A stretch of 64,000 nucleotides of DNA from an uncultured archaeon (GTDB taxonomy: Archaea; Asgardarchaeota; Lokiarchaeia; Sigyniarchaeales; SOKP01), in NCBI GenBank assembly GCA_964486045.1, contig CAZALK010000001.1, forward strand, positions 32,001 to 96,000. The letters are read 5' to 3'. The notes under the pieces were generated by a model. That model made no database searches. It had not been told where the DNA came from and was given only the letters and a program-made list of their open reading frames with translations. Shown piece after piece: positions 11,711-21,533 of the stretch. Both the position numbers and the translations under genes were made by a program. How positions within the stretch are numbered: position 1 is the first letter of the stretch; every line of letters begins with the position of its first letter.

Positions 11711-11801
11711 TATTGGTGATTTAAAACCAAAAATTGCGAATAAATATTTGTTTTTATTAATTAGTTAAATGAATGAAAATGCTACAATTATGGTGTAATC
11801 T

Positions 11802-14657
11802 ATGTCGTATAATGAAAAAGAAATAGAACTCATCCAATTTTGGAAAAACAATCATATATTTGAAAAAAGTGTTGAGGAAAGACCTAAGAAACTACCATAT
11901 ATTTTCTATGACGGTCCACCTTTTGCAACAGGATTACCTCATTACGGTCATATATTAAGTTTTGTTACCAAAGATGTGTTTCCAAGATATTGGACGATGA
12001 AAGGGTATCGTTGTGAGAGAAGGTGGGGTTGGGATTGTCATGGTCTCCCAATAGAAAGCATTTGTGAAAAAGCTCTAAATTTAAAACAAAAAAATGAAAT
12101 CTTCGAGATGGGTTTATCAAATTTCAATGAATATTGTCGATCAAGGGTATTATGGTATACTAATGAATGGAAAAATACTGTTGAACGAATGGGTAAATGG
12201 ATAGATTTTGATAATTCCTATAAAACTATGGATAACACTTATATGGAAACTGTGTGGTATATTTTCAAAAAAATCTATGAGGAAGGATTTGTATATAAGG
12301 GAAGAAAAGTATTATTTTATTGTCCTCGGTGTGAAACTCCACTTTCTAACTCAGAGATTTCTATGGATAATAGCTATAAAGACATTATTGAGGAATCTAT
12401 AACAGCAAAATTTGAGTTGAAAGAAGAACCAAGAACTTTTCTTCTAGCTTGGACTACAACACCCTGGACTTTAATAGGAAATGTAGCTTTAGCCATAAAT
12501 AGCGAACTCATGTATGTTAAAATTAAAATTGATGAAGAATTTTTAATTTTAATAAAAAACAAATTGGATATTATCAAAGATGAATATCAAATCATTGAGG
12601 AATTTAAGGGAAAAGAACTGCTAAATAAAAAATATTACTCCTTATACCAAACTTCCACTAATCACAATGGAAATGGTCATATTGTTATTGATGGTGGTGA
12701 AGATGTACTATCCGATGAAGGAACAGGAATTATACACATTGCTATTTACGGAGAATTTGATTATGAGATGATAAAAAAGTATAATTTACCAATAATTCAG
12801 CATATTAATGAACATGGTGAGTTGATAAGTGGTCCGAAAGATTGGATTGGAATATGGTTTAAAGATGTAGATAAAAAAGTCTTGAAGGACTTGAAACAGA
12901 GGAATCTTTTATTCAATTCGGAAGATTACACGCATTCTTATCCTTTTTGTTATAGATGTGATACTCCATTATTTTATAATGCTCTAGATGCCTGGTTTAT
13001 AAATATTCAACAAATAAAACCGCGTCTTTTGGAAACAAATGAAAAAATAAAGTGGTATCCTAAAGAGATTTCTAAACGATATCAAAACATAGTTGAAACT
13101 GCTCCTGACTGGTGCATTTCTAGAAATCGGTTTTGGGCTACGGCTATGCCGATCTGGATGTGTGAGGACTGTAACGAAACCAAAGTTATTGGTTCTATTA
13201 AGGAATTACAAGAGAATGCGATGGAGGAAGTTCCCGACAATCTGGATCTACACAGACATATAGTTGATGAGATACATCTTTGGTGCGCAGGATGTAACAA
13301 GGTCATGAATCGTATCCCAGAAGTATTTGATTGTTGGTTGGAATCAGGTTCAATGCCATATGCTGCAAAACATTACCCATTTGAAAACGTGGAATGGTTT
13401 GAAACCAATTTTCCTAGCGATTTTGTTTCGGAATATATCGGACAGGTTAGAGCGTGGTTTTACTATATGCATGTAGTATCAGTTCTTTTGGTTGATAATA
13501 TCCCATTTAGAAATGTCGTTGTAAATGGTAATATCCTTGCAGAAGATGGAACTAAGATGTCGAAGTCAAAGAGAAATTTCCCAGATCCTAATAAAATTGT
13601 TGAAAAATATGGAGCGGACGCTTTAAGGATCTATCTTTTATCTTCGCCTTTAATGAGAGCTAAGGACTTAAACTTTAAAGAGGAGATAGTTAAACAAGTT
13701 TATCGAAGATTTAATTTATTGCTAATTAATGTTCTAAAATTCTATTCAATGATTGAAATCAACGATTTAGCCGTAGATCTAACCAAATCAGATAATATTA
13801 TGGATAAGTGGATTATTAGTATGCTTAATGTCTTAATTCGTGAGGTTACTCAACGAATGGATGACTACGACACTGCAGAAACAAGTAAGTTATTCTTTAA
13901 TTTTGTCGAAGATCTCTCTACTTGGTTTGTTAAAAATAGCAGAGATCGATTTAAAAGTGAAATTGAAAGTATAAAAATATCTACGATGAACACACTTTCG
14001 TATGTACTTTCTAATCTATCAAAACTCTTAGCTCCTCTTACTCCGTTCATTTCAGAGGTGATTTACCAAAAATTGAAGGAAAAGGGAATAGTTAATTTAA
14101 ATTCTGTCCATTTGGAACCTTGGCCCATTTTTAATGAAAAATTAATCGATCTTAAGATGCATGAGAATATGATACTAACAAAAGATATAGTGACGAGATC
14201 ATTAGAATTAAGAGAAAATTCTAAGATACTAATTAGGCAAGTATTACAGAAAATAACAATAAGGGGGGTAAGTCTTAAAACTGAGTATTTAGATATCATT
14301 GCGGGAGCTATAAATGTGAGAAATGTAATAATTGAAAACGGTGAAAAAAAAGAACTTTTAATTGATTTAGATACAGAAATTACACCAGAATTAAGGCTTG
14401 AAGGTATTTCAAGAAATCTAATTAGGTATCTGAATAATTATAGAAAAAAATTGAATCTATCAACGAAAAATAGAATTAATCTCTATTTAGTAACAAATAA
14501 TGAAGACATTTTGAAAGCACTTGAAATATATGAAGAAAAAATTAAAAAATTTATACAAGCAGATAACATTATTAAAAATATCGAAGATCAGATGGATACT
14601 AAGAAATTCAAAATAGATAATAGCATTATTGAAGCATATATAGAGGTTAAAAATTAA
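11802..14657 (+). CDS. ileS: Isoleucyl-tRNA synthetase (archaeal/eukaryote-type)
   Basis: DGPPFATGLPHYGH, GWDCHGLP, WTTTPWTL editing domain, DWCISRNRFW, KMSKS. Confidence 0.97.
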   Translation: MSYNEKEIELIQFWKNNHIFEKSVEERPKKLPYIFYDGPPFATGLPHYGHILSFVTKDVFPRYWTMKGYRCERRWGWDCHGLPIESICEKALNLKQKNEIFEMGLSNFNEYCRSRVLWYTNEWKNTVERMGKWIDFDNSYKTMDNTYMETVWYIFKKIYEEGFVYKGRKVLFYCPRCETPLSNSEISMDNSYKDIIEESITAKFELKEEPRTFLLAWTTTPWTLIGNVALAINSELMYVKIKIDEEFLILIKNKLDIIKDEYQIIEEFKGKELLNKKYYSLYQTSTNHNGNGHIVIDGGEDVLSDEGTGIIHIAIYGEFDYEMIKKYNLPIIQHINEHGELISGPKDWIGIWFKDVDKKVLKDLKQRNLLFNSEDYTHSYPFCYRCDTPLFYNALDAWFINIQQIKPRLLETNEKIKWYPKEISKRYQNIVETAPDWCISRNRFWATAMPIWMCEDCNETKVIGSIKELQENAMEEVPDNLDLHRHIVDEIHLWCAGCNKVMNRIPEVFDCWLESGSMPYAAKHYPFENVEWFETNFPSDFVSEYIGQVRAWFYYMHVVSVLLVDNIPFRNVVVNGNILAEDGTKMSKSKRNFPDPNKIVEKYGADALRIYLLSSPLMRAKDLNFKEEIVKQVYRRFNLLLINVLKFYSMIEINDLAVDLTKSDNIMDKWIISMLNVLIREVTQRMDDYDTAETSKLFFNFVEDLSTWFVKNSRDRFKSEIESIKISTMNTLSYVLSNLSKLLAPLTPFISEVIYQKLKEKGIVNLNSVHLEPWPIFNEKLIDLKMHENMILTKDIVTRSLELRENSKILIRQVLQKITIRGVSLKTEYLDIIAGAINVRNVIIENGEKKELLIDLDTEITPELRLEGISRNLIRYLNNYRKKLNLSTKNRINLYLVTNNEDILKALEIYEEKIKKFIQADNIIKNIEDQMDTKKFKIDNSIIEAYIEVKN

Positions 14658-14732
14658 TTTCTCTATTTTTCAATATCAAAATTAATTTAAAACTCCGTAA
14701 AATTATTATGGTTTTTTATGCTTTTCTTTGTT

Positions 14733-16157
14733 ATGCTCAAAATCTATAACACAATGACAAGAGAGAAGGGAATTTTTACACCGCTCGAAAAAGGTCATGT
14801 GAAGATCTACACATGCGGTCAAACAGTTTATGATGATGTACATATTGGTAATGCAAGAACATATAGTTCTTGGGATGTAGTAGTTCGATATTTACGTTAT
14901 AAAGGATACATTGTATTTCATGTTCAGAATTTTACAGATGTTGGTCATCTAACTGATGATGCTGACCAAGGAGAAGATAAAATAGAAAAAAGAGCACGAG
15001 AGCAAAAAGTTAATCCCTGGGAGTTGGTTGATAAACAGATCCAAGAATATTGGTATGTAATTGATAATCTAAATATAGATAGGCCAAATATTACACCAAG
15101 AGCAACGTCACTCATTCCTGAAATGATTGAACTTGTTGAAATACTTTTGGAAAAGGGGTATGCCTATGAAGTACAAGGAAATGTTTATTATGATATTTCG
15201 AAATTCAGTGATTATACAAAACTTTCTAGGTTAAAACTTGATGAAGAACAAGCAAAAGCCCGAGTTAAACAAGATCCCCTTAAAAGGAGCTATTTTGATT
15301 TTGCACTATGGCTAAATGCTCAAAAAGGTGATAAAAAACATATAATGAGATGGAGATCTCCATGGGGAGAAGGATACCCTGGATGGCATCTTGAATGTTC
15401 TATTATGGCGATGAAATATTTAGGGGAGACAATTGATATTCATGGTGGAGGAATCGATCATATCCCCACTCACCATCCAAATGAAATCGCTCAAGCGGAA
15501 GCTGCAACAGGAAATCAGTTTGTTCGCTGTTGGATGCATGCTAAGTTTATAACATTAAATGGTAAAAAGATGAGTAAAAGCCTTGGAAATTATGTAACTG
15601 CCCGTGAACTAATTGATAAGCATGGAGGATTAGTAGTAAGAATGGGTTTAGTATCTGGACACTATAGATCTGCTGTTGATTGGAATCCAGATGTTATTGA
15701 AAATGCTAAGAAGAATATTTCAAGAATTCAAAACTGTTTAAGTTTAATAAAGGATTCCATCGGTGGGACAAACGAAAACCTAAATCAAGCTATGGAAGAT
15801 GTAAAAAATTCCTTTGAAGAAGCTATGGATGATGATTTTAATTCCCCTAAAGCACTCTCTGCGATTCATGAATTTATTACAAAAATAAATTCATCGCTGA
15901 ATAACAAGAAGGATTTACTTATTGGAGCAAGAGACACACTACTAGAGTTACTTGGTGTTTTTGGTCTTGATTTCACAAAAAAGAAGGGAATAGATGATGA
16001 TAAAATAAATGAGTTAATGGATCTCATATTTAACATTAGGGAAATTGCTAGAAATGAAAAGAATTATGAATTAAGTGATCAAATAAGGGAAAAACTACGA
16101 ACTGTAGGGATTCAAATTGAAGATACAGAAAACGGTCCACGGTGGAGAATGACTTAA
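14733..16157 (+). CDS. cysS: Cysteinyl-tRNA synthetase
   Basis: YTCGQTVYD..HIGNAR, DFALW, GYPGWHLECS, HHPNE, KMSKS; start placed at MLKIYNT. Confidence 0.97.
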   Translation: MLKIYNTMTREKGIFTPLEKGHVKIYTCGQTVYDDVHIGNARTYSSWDVVVRYLRYKGYIVFHVQNFTDVGHLTDDADQGEDKIEKRAREQKVNPWELVDKQIQEYWYVIDNLNIDRPNITPRATSLIPEMIELVEILLEKGYAYEVQGNVYYDISKFSDYTKLSRLKLDEEQAKARVKQDPLKRSYFDFALWLNAQKGDKKHIMRWRSPWGEGYPGWHLECSIMAMKYLGETIDIHGGGIDHIPTHHPNEIAQAEAATGNQFVRCWMHAKFITLNGKKMSKSLGNYVTARELIDKHGGLVVRMGLVSGHYRSAVDWNPDVIENAKKNISRIQNCLSLIKDSIGGTNENLNQAMEDVKNSFEEAMDDDFNSPKALSAIHEFITKINSSLNNKKDLLIGARDTLLELLGVFGLDFTKKKGIDDDKINELMDLIFNIREIARNEKNYELSDQIREKLRTVGIQIEDTENGPRWRMT

Positions 16158-16270
16158 ACTAAGCAAATTGGTAAGAATCAAGTTATTTTATTAAATTATT
16201 CTTAAATTTAAATCATTAAAATTATTATTCATAATATCGAAAATTAATATCTAAGAGGGAGGTGTGTCTA

Positions 16271-16369
16271 TTGGGATTAAGTTCTTTGACTATTTGTATA
16301 ACAGGTGCCGCAAGTGGTATTGGACATGCCATAAGTTTAATAATATCGTTTATTTCAAGTTTTCAATAA
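16271..16369 (+). pseudogene. N-terminal remnant of an SDR oxidoreductase
   Basis: SD GGAGGTG at 16258-16264, TTG start, TICITGAASGIGHAIS Rossmann motif (TGxxxGIG), stop after 32 codons. Confidence 0.75.
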
Positions 16370-16638
16370 AAATTTTCCTCAAGATTTTAAGGATAAAGTA
16401 CTTTCAAATAAGGATTATCGAAGATTATCCAACTTCCTAGAAATTTCGCAATAGGTGCGCCCATCTCAAACTACGTAGCTAAGCGCTGGGGCTCTAGTAT
16501 CAGAAAATGGGTAATTTTGTTCAATTCTTAAAGGGGCTTCTTCTTGAAAGAGGAAATCAATGATCACAACAACAGTACGAATTTAAATATTATAATATTC
16601 TTTATTTTTTTGAAGTTAATCATTAATAAAATTTTAGA

Positions 16639-17105
16639 GTGAGTATGTTAGAATGCATGCACAGATTATGTGATGAAATAGGTAAGGCTCTAACTAATAA
16701 TAGGGAAGATCTAATAAAGAGGCTTGAACCGGAAGTTGAACATTTGAAGAATGAAAAAGAGTTTCGAGATTATATTAGAGAAACATTGAGGGATAAAAGC
16801 TTCCATGATAATTCTTACCCTGATATTTACCTTTACACTTATAAAAATTCCCTTTTATTATCATTGTTTACTTAGGTTATATTGGAGTACCTCCTGAGGA
16901 AAATTTCATAGTACAAGATATTGTTGAAATAATAACTATCGAGGATAAAATTTTCATTGAATATCTAATAAAGGAGCATTTACTTCAATTTTTCCCACAG
17001 GGTTTTAAAGATAAGGTACTTTCAGATAAGGATTATCGAATATTATATAATTTAACTTATGGCTATGAAGAATCAACTACTAACTGGGAAAGAAAATTAA
17101 ATTAA
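16639..17105 (+). pseudogene. Hypothetical protein with one frameshift near 16868 (or sequencing error)
   Basis: The 78-aa ORF continues in a shifted frame: YLGYIGVPPEENFIVQ...FPQGFKDKVLSDKDYR...WERKLN* ending at 17105. Confidence 0.65.
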
Positions 17106-17134
17106 AAAAAATTTAATATAATAAGAGAAAAAAA

Positions 17135-18874
17135 TTACTCTTGCATTTTTTGTAAAAGTTCCTCGATTTCCGCTTGGATAATTTCGGGATTTTTAGCAGT
17201 TTCACCTGCTATCGCGAGCTTTCTCTCTATAACAGGTCTATGAAGCGTATTCATCGCACAAAAGGGAACTTCACGAACTTTAGTAGGATCGTCTGGATCG
17301 ATTACTCCATAATGTACGAGGCACCTACATACTCTGTCGAGGTCAAAATTGTATGCATCTTGGAAGTGCATGCTGCTTATCATTATATTGCGTGTATGCA
17401 AAAAATTAGCAGCGGAATTAAAGTTTGGATTCATTACCAATCGAGCAAAACTTTGATACGTTTTACTAGTAAGAATTTTGCCAGGATTTTTAATGTAGCG
17501 CGCTGATCCCGCGAAGTAGTAGGCTTTTATGATTTGGCGATATCCAAGATCGGTCATGTCGTCAACAAAATCACCAATTTTTGAAAAGATTTTTCCGAAG
17601 CTATCTAAATTGATACCTTTTAGAAGGCCAGTTGGCTTTGGAATCTCCCTATTTTGGACCATATCCCATACTTTGTTTGACCACCTTACCATACCTTCAA
17701 TGTCAAAATATTCTTCAATAGCCTCCCACTCATTATTGTTATTAACGATACATATAGTACAGAAGCCGCAGTCGTTGTGCGATGTCATACTGAAGGTAGG
17801 CATCTCGTCAAACCACGCAAGTAATCGAGTCATTTTCGCAGTTGTAGCGATAGGATAAAATTGTCCAATTGCTCCATTAGTATGTTTATTTATCGCTTCT
17901 TTTAGATCGGATGTAGTATATCTGATATCCATTAATTCTTCAAAACTGATACGACCAGTTAACGAAACGGGTTGGAAAATAACTCCTGAAACGACGTCAG
18001 TATTATCTTTAGCATAATCTAAGATGTTCCCAATTTGATTATCATTTACCCCTTTAGCGACAGTTGGGACTAATACAACCCCCTGAAATCCAATTTTCCG
18101 ACAATTCTCGATGACCTTCTTTTTAAGTGGCCATAAATTAACGCCTCTTATCTTTTTCCATACTTCAGGAGCATCAGTAGCATCAAATTGTAAATAGACA
18201 GCATTCATCCCCGCATCCCAACATTTTTTTATGAGTTCTGGGGACTTAGCGAATTTAACACCATTAGTTGTTACCATAAGTTCAGTAAAACCTAGTTCTT
18301 TTCCTTTTCGAATGATCTCAGGGAGGTCATCTCTCATAGTCGGTTCTCCACCGGAGAGTTGAAGTAAAACAGCAGGAATAGGTTTCATTGACCTGAAATG
18401 TTTCATGATTTGCACTATTTGATCAAATGTAGGCTCTACAATATATCCTTTAGCACTGGCATTGGCAAAACAAATTGGGCAAGTGAGATTGCATCGATTA
18501 GTTACATCTATTAGGCAGATATTCGGAGCGCTCTTGTGATTATTACAGAGACCGCAGTCGTAAGGGCATCCTTTTTTTACTTCTTTGATTCCCGAGGAGA
18601 CAGATTCAGGTTTAGTGGAATTATTTGTAGTAGAGCCGATATCTGTGGTAAAAGTCTGCTGCCATTTGTAATCTTCTGAATTGCTTGACAATTTATCTTT
18701 GAATTCTCCATGATCCTCACAAGTTTTCCGCATCATAACCCAATTTGTCTCGGGATCTACATAAATTTCAGCCTGAATATGTTTAACACAATCAGGACAG
18801 ATGCTTGTGGTTGTTCGGATGATTTCTAAACCATCTTTCGTAGTTCGAGTAATTCCTTCAGTCATAATAATCAA
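17135..18874 (-). CDS. tes: Tetraether (GDGT) lipid synthase, radical SAM enzyme (MJ0619 family)
   Basis: N-terminal TSICPDC..CEDHG, GCPYDCGLC.H, radical SAM CNLTCPIC, QLSGGEPT, QPVS.TGR, H.DCG, HFQDAYNFDLDRVCRC.VHY..VPFC. Confidence 0.9.
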   Translation of the reverse strand: MIIMTEGITRTTKDGLEIIRTTTSICPDCVKHIQAEIYVDPETNWVMMRKTCEDHGEFKDKLSSNSEDYKWQQTFTTDIGSTTNNSTKPESVSSGIKEVKKGCPYDCGLCNNHKSAPNICLIDVTNRCNLTCPICFANASAKGYIVEPTFDQIVQIMKHFRSMKPIPAVLLQLSGGEPTMRDDLPEIIRKGKELGFTELMVTTNGVKFAKSPELIKKCWDAGMNAVYLQFDATDAPEVWKKIRGVNLWPLKKKVIENCRKIGFQGVVLVPTVAKGVNDNQIGNILDYAKDNTDVVSGVIFQPVSLTGRISFEELMDIRYTTSDLKEAINKHTNGAIGQFYPIATTAKMTRLLAWFDEMPTFSMTSHNDCGFCTICIVNNNNEWEAIEEYFDIEGMVRWSNKVWDMVQNREIPKPTGLLKGINLDSFGKIFSKIGDFVDDMTDLGYRQIIKAYYFAGSARYIKNPGKILTSKTYQSFARLVMNPNFNSAANFLHTRNIMISSMHFQDAYNFDLDRVCRCLVHYGVIDPDDPTKVREVPFCAMNTLHRPVIERKLAIAGETAKNPEIIQAEIEELLQKMQE

Positions 18875-19219
18875 TATACTTTTTATATTTTAGTTAAATT
18901 AAGTATGTTTTAATTAAACTAGTATTTTAATAAACATGGAAATGATTTAAATATTTTATATATTGTAATATTCGTATCGATATTATTAAAAAAGGTCTAA
19001 ATTTTTAATAAAACTGAAAATTTGATTTCTTTTTTTAGTGTTCTTCCTGTATTGGCATCATATTTTAACTATTCAAGCATAAATGTTTAAATTACAGGTA
19101 GTTTCAAATCATCCGAGATTTTAAATCTTCAACTGCTAATGAGATATTAGGAAAACAGTTTAACTAAAATAAAGTATTTTTTGCTCTTTGATTTTCCTAT
19201 TTCTATTGAAGAAAAGAGA

Positions 19220-19336
19220 GCCTCCTGCCAACGGACGCAATAATGCGTCAAAAATACTATAGGGGGAGGAGGGCGAAATCAGAGTGTAAAAATTTACACT
19301 ACCAAAAGACAAAAATCCAGGGTGTAGGCAGGAGGC
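19220..19336. ncRNA. Putative structured non-coding RNA (multi-branch)
   Basis: Perfect 10-bp closing stem GCCTCCTGCC/GGCAGGAGGC, internal hairpins GACGCA-ATAA-TGCGTC and AGTGTAAA-AA-TTTACACT, GC-rich island in an AT-rich intergenic region, T-rich tracts after the stem on both strands. Confidence 0.6.
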
Positions 19337-19591
19337 ATGTTTTTGTTTTTTTTGATGAATTTAATTCATTAATTGTTTTTACATTTTAAATATTAATGTA
19401 TTAAATTTTCATCTTAAGGATTATATATGATTAAAGGCTTATAAATTAATTTTAGAAAGAGTGTAATTAATTAATATAAATAATTATTATCACTACCTAA
19501 GTAGAGCTAATGGAAGAAATGTGATTTTAAATAAGCTCATTTTGGATATACATATCTGAAATCAAAAAAGTTTGAATAATTAATTTTTTCA

Positions 19592-20050
19592 GTGTTAAAG
19601 TTATATAATTATTTATTTCAATTATTTAAAAATAAAAAGCTTATGTACCCCATGGCAAGTAATAAAAAAGAGCAAACAGTAGGAAGACCAGAACCAGAAT
19701 TTAGCTTTGGAATAGGAACTGTCATTTGGAGTGCTATAGGATTTGTAATATCATGGGGAAATATGCTAATTATCCTTAACTCTATGCAAATTTGGTCGTA
19801 TTTGACAATAATATTTACTACGATAATCCCTGGTGTGATTATTGGATTAAAAGATAGATACTGGGGTTATGGCTATATGGGTGGTTTTGCGATCGCGGGT
19901 ATCCCATTCTCATTCTTAAATCCTCCATATGGTGACCTTTTCATTGGATGGTATACATTTGCCACTGCTCTCTTCATTTTTGTAATAATCCTACTAATTT
20001 TTTGGACCGGTTGGAGAGCAATTTCAGCAATCAAACGAGTAGATCAGTAA
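19592..20050 (+). CDS. Membrane protein (about 4 TM; start probably 19643 or 19652)
   Basis: Four hydrophobic segments. Confidence 0.8.
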   Translation: MLKLYNYLFQLFKNKKLMYPMASNKKEQTVGRPEPEFSFGIGTVIWSAIGFVISWGNMLIILNSMQIWSYLTIIFTTIIPGVIIGLKDRYWGYGYMGGFAIAGIPFSFLNPPYGDLFIGWYTFATALFIFVIILLIFWTGWRAISAIKRVDQ

Positions 20051-20073
20051 ATAAAATTTTAAATTATTGGTTG

Positions 20074-20280
20074 TTACAACATAATCAATTTTTTACATTT
20101 TATGCAAAGTTTTGCCTCGATTTTTGCATTTTGAGCGCATTTCAAACAATATATTGTTTTGCATGATGGACATGTGTACGTATCACCTTCAATAGTTCCT
20201 TTATGCAGAAGACAGAAATTTTCTTTAACATTAAACGATGGAGGGAGAACAGGAGGTAGAGGAGTTTTTTTATTATTCAT
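20074..20280 (-). CDS. Small RING-like zinc-finger protein
   Basis: CxxH...CxxC...CxxC...CxxC, eight potential Zn ligands. Confidence 0.7.
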   Translation of the reverse strand: MNNKKTPLPPVLPPSFNVKENFCLLHKGTIEGDTYTCPSCKTIYCLKCAQNAKIEAKLCIKCKKLIML

Positions 20281-20366
20281 GAAACCACATGGTTATGCTT
20301 TGGAGAGTAATAACTTTTTGTAGATTTTTAATTTAGTTTTAATTTCCTATTAAGTAAGCAATATAA

Positions 20367-20837
20367 TTAGGATAATGAGGGTACTTCTTCGATCTGAACA
20401 TCTATTACGTTTGCTACACCCATAAATTTTTCTTTTATAATATCAAGAGATAATTCCCCAGAATCAATAACATCCCCTACTAAATAAGTTTCGTAGTAAC
20501 ACCGCTCCATTTCATAACACAAACCCGTTGTATGTAAGATTTCCTTGCTCAGGTTCATTTCATTTAACACGTTAGATATCCCTTTCACAAGATCGGGAGA
20601 GAATTCTTTTAATTTTATAAGAATTTTTTTTATGTTATTATTCTTTGTAGGGAAGCAACTTATTTTAACAACATCTTCTCTTGAGATGAAAATGAGCAAA
20701 TAATAAGGAGAATCCATAATTTCTTCTTTTATTTCAGATGGGAAAATAGGATTATTGTCTAAATCCTTGCTAGTAATAATTTGTCCTATAGAAATTTTAT
20801 TTTTTTGGGCTCCATTGTCAGTTTCCATAATAATCAA
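20367..20837 (-). CDS. Hypothetical protein (possible C-terminal ACT-like fold)
   Basis: 156-aa ORF; GISNVL...ILHTTG...VIDVQIE pattern. Confidence 0.6.
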   Translation of the reverse strand: MIIMETDNGAQKNKISIGQIITSKDLDNNPIFPSEIKEEIMDSPYYLLIFISREDVVKISCFPTKNNNIKKILIKLKEFSPDLVKGISNVLNEMNLSKEILHTTGLCYEMERCYYETYLVGDVIDSGELSLDIIKEKFMGVANVIDVQIEEVPSLS

Positions 20838-21028
20838 AAACTTTAGGGTAATTAATGGTAATAGTTCAGTGAAACTATATAAATTTTTATTATTTATTAT
20901 TTTTTTCAGATTCTAAATGTAATACTAAGATAATATTTGTATTTTTTATTTTTATCAGTTTTTAGTTATTTGACACTTTATTTTGAGAAAATGCAATATA
21001 TTGAGAAATTTTGGTTTAGGATGTCATA

Positions 21029-21517
21029 ATGTCTTTCTATAATAGAACAAATAGAGATTACGGATTTAGTTTGGAAAAAATTAATTCTCAAGAAAGTTTC
21101 TTTCATGCGATTTATTTTTTAGATTTTGAAACTGGATCTTTATTTGTAAGTAAAAGATTTTCTGATAATTTGAGCTTTTTAAGAGACGATTTAATTTGTA
21201 GCTTTTTAAACGCAATCAACCACTTTATTAATGAATTAAAAGAAGGAGGAAATGAAGAACTCCAAGAAATTAACTTTAAAGATACAAGAATTTTATACGA
21301 GAGGGAGGGGAGATTATTAGTTATTGCGGTTACAAGAAAAAATGATATTCAAATAGAACGCGGGATTGTCAGAGAAATATTAGAGGATTTTTATTTTCGC
21401 TTCAAGAGTTATATAAATACGTTTAATGGCGCTGTTGCTCCAGAAATTGCTAACTATAAAAAAAGACTCGAATCTATGAATTTGAATAACGTGTTTAAAT
21501 ATAATACAAGTTTTTAA
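21029..21517 (+). CDS. Longin-like domain protein
   Basis: HAIYFLD.ETGSL...DLICSFLNAINHFINEL...LQEINF...ILYE...LLVIAV, the longin/sigma-adaptin-like pattern. Confidence 0.7.
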   Translation: MSFYNRTNRDYGFSLEKINSQESFFHAIYFLDFETGSLFVSKRFSDNLSFLRDDLICSFLNAINHFINELKEGGNEELQEINFKDTRILYEREGRLLVIAVTRKNDIQIERGIVREILEDFYFRFKSYINTFNGAVAPEIANYKKRLESMNLNNVFKYNTSF

Positions 21518-21533
21518 CTTTTATCATTAAAGC

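Noticed and set aside
16436-16490. Minus-strand RLAT*FEMGAPIAKFLG, faintly like tyrosine-recombinase box II
   Set aside because: Too short, contains a stop, and lacks the catalytic His/Arg context.
16452-16515. CCCATCTCAAACTACGTAGCTAAGCGCTGG resembles 5S loop C/loop B and shares TAAGCGCTGG with 50320-50329
   Set aside because: Helices I-III cannot be built convincingly and CCGAAC is not intact; treated as chance unless cmsearch says otherwise.
19220-19336. Element as a MITE, SECIS or tRNA
   Set aside because: No target-site duplication, single copy in the window, not 3' of a UGA-containing gene, and no cloverleaf or T-loop motif.
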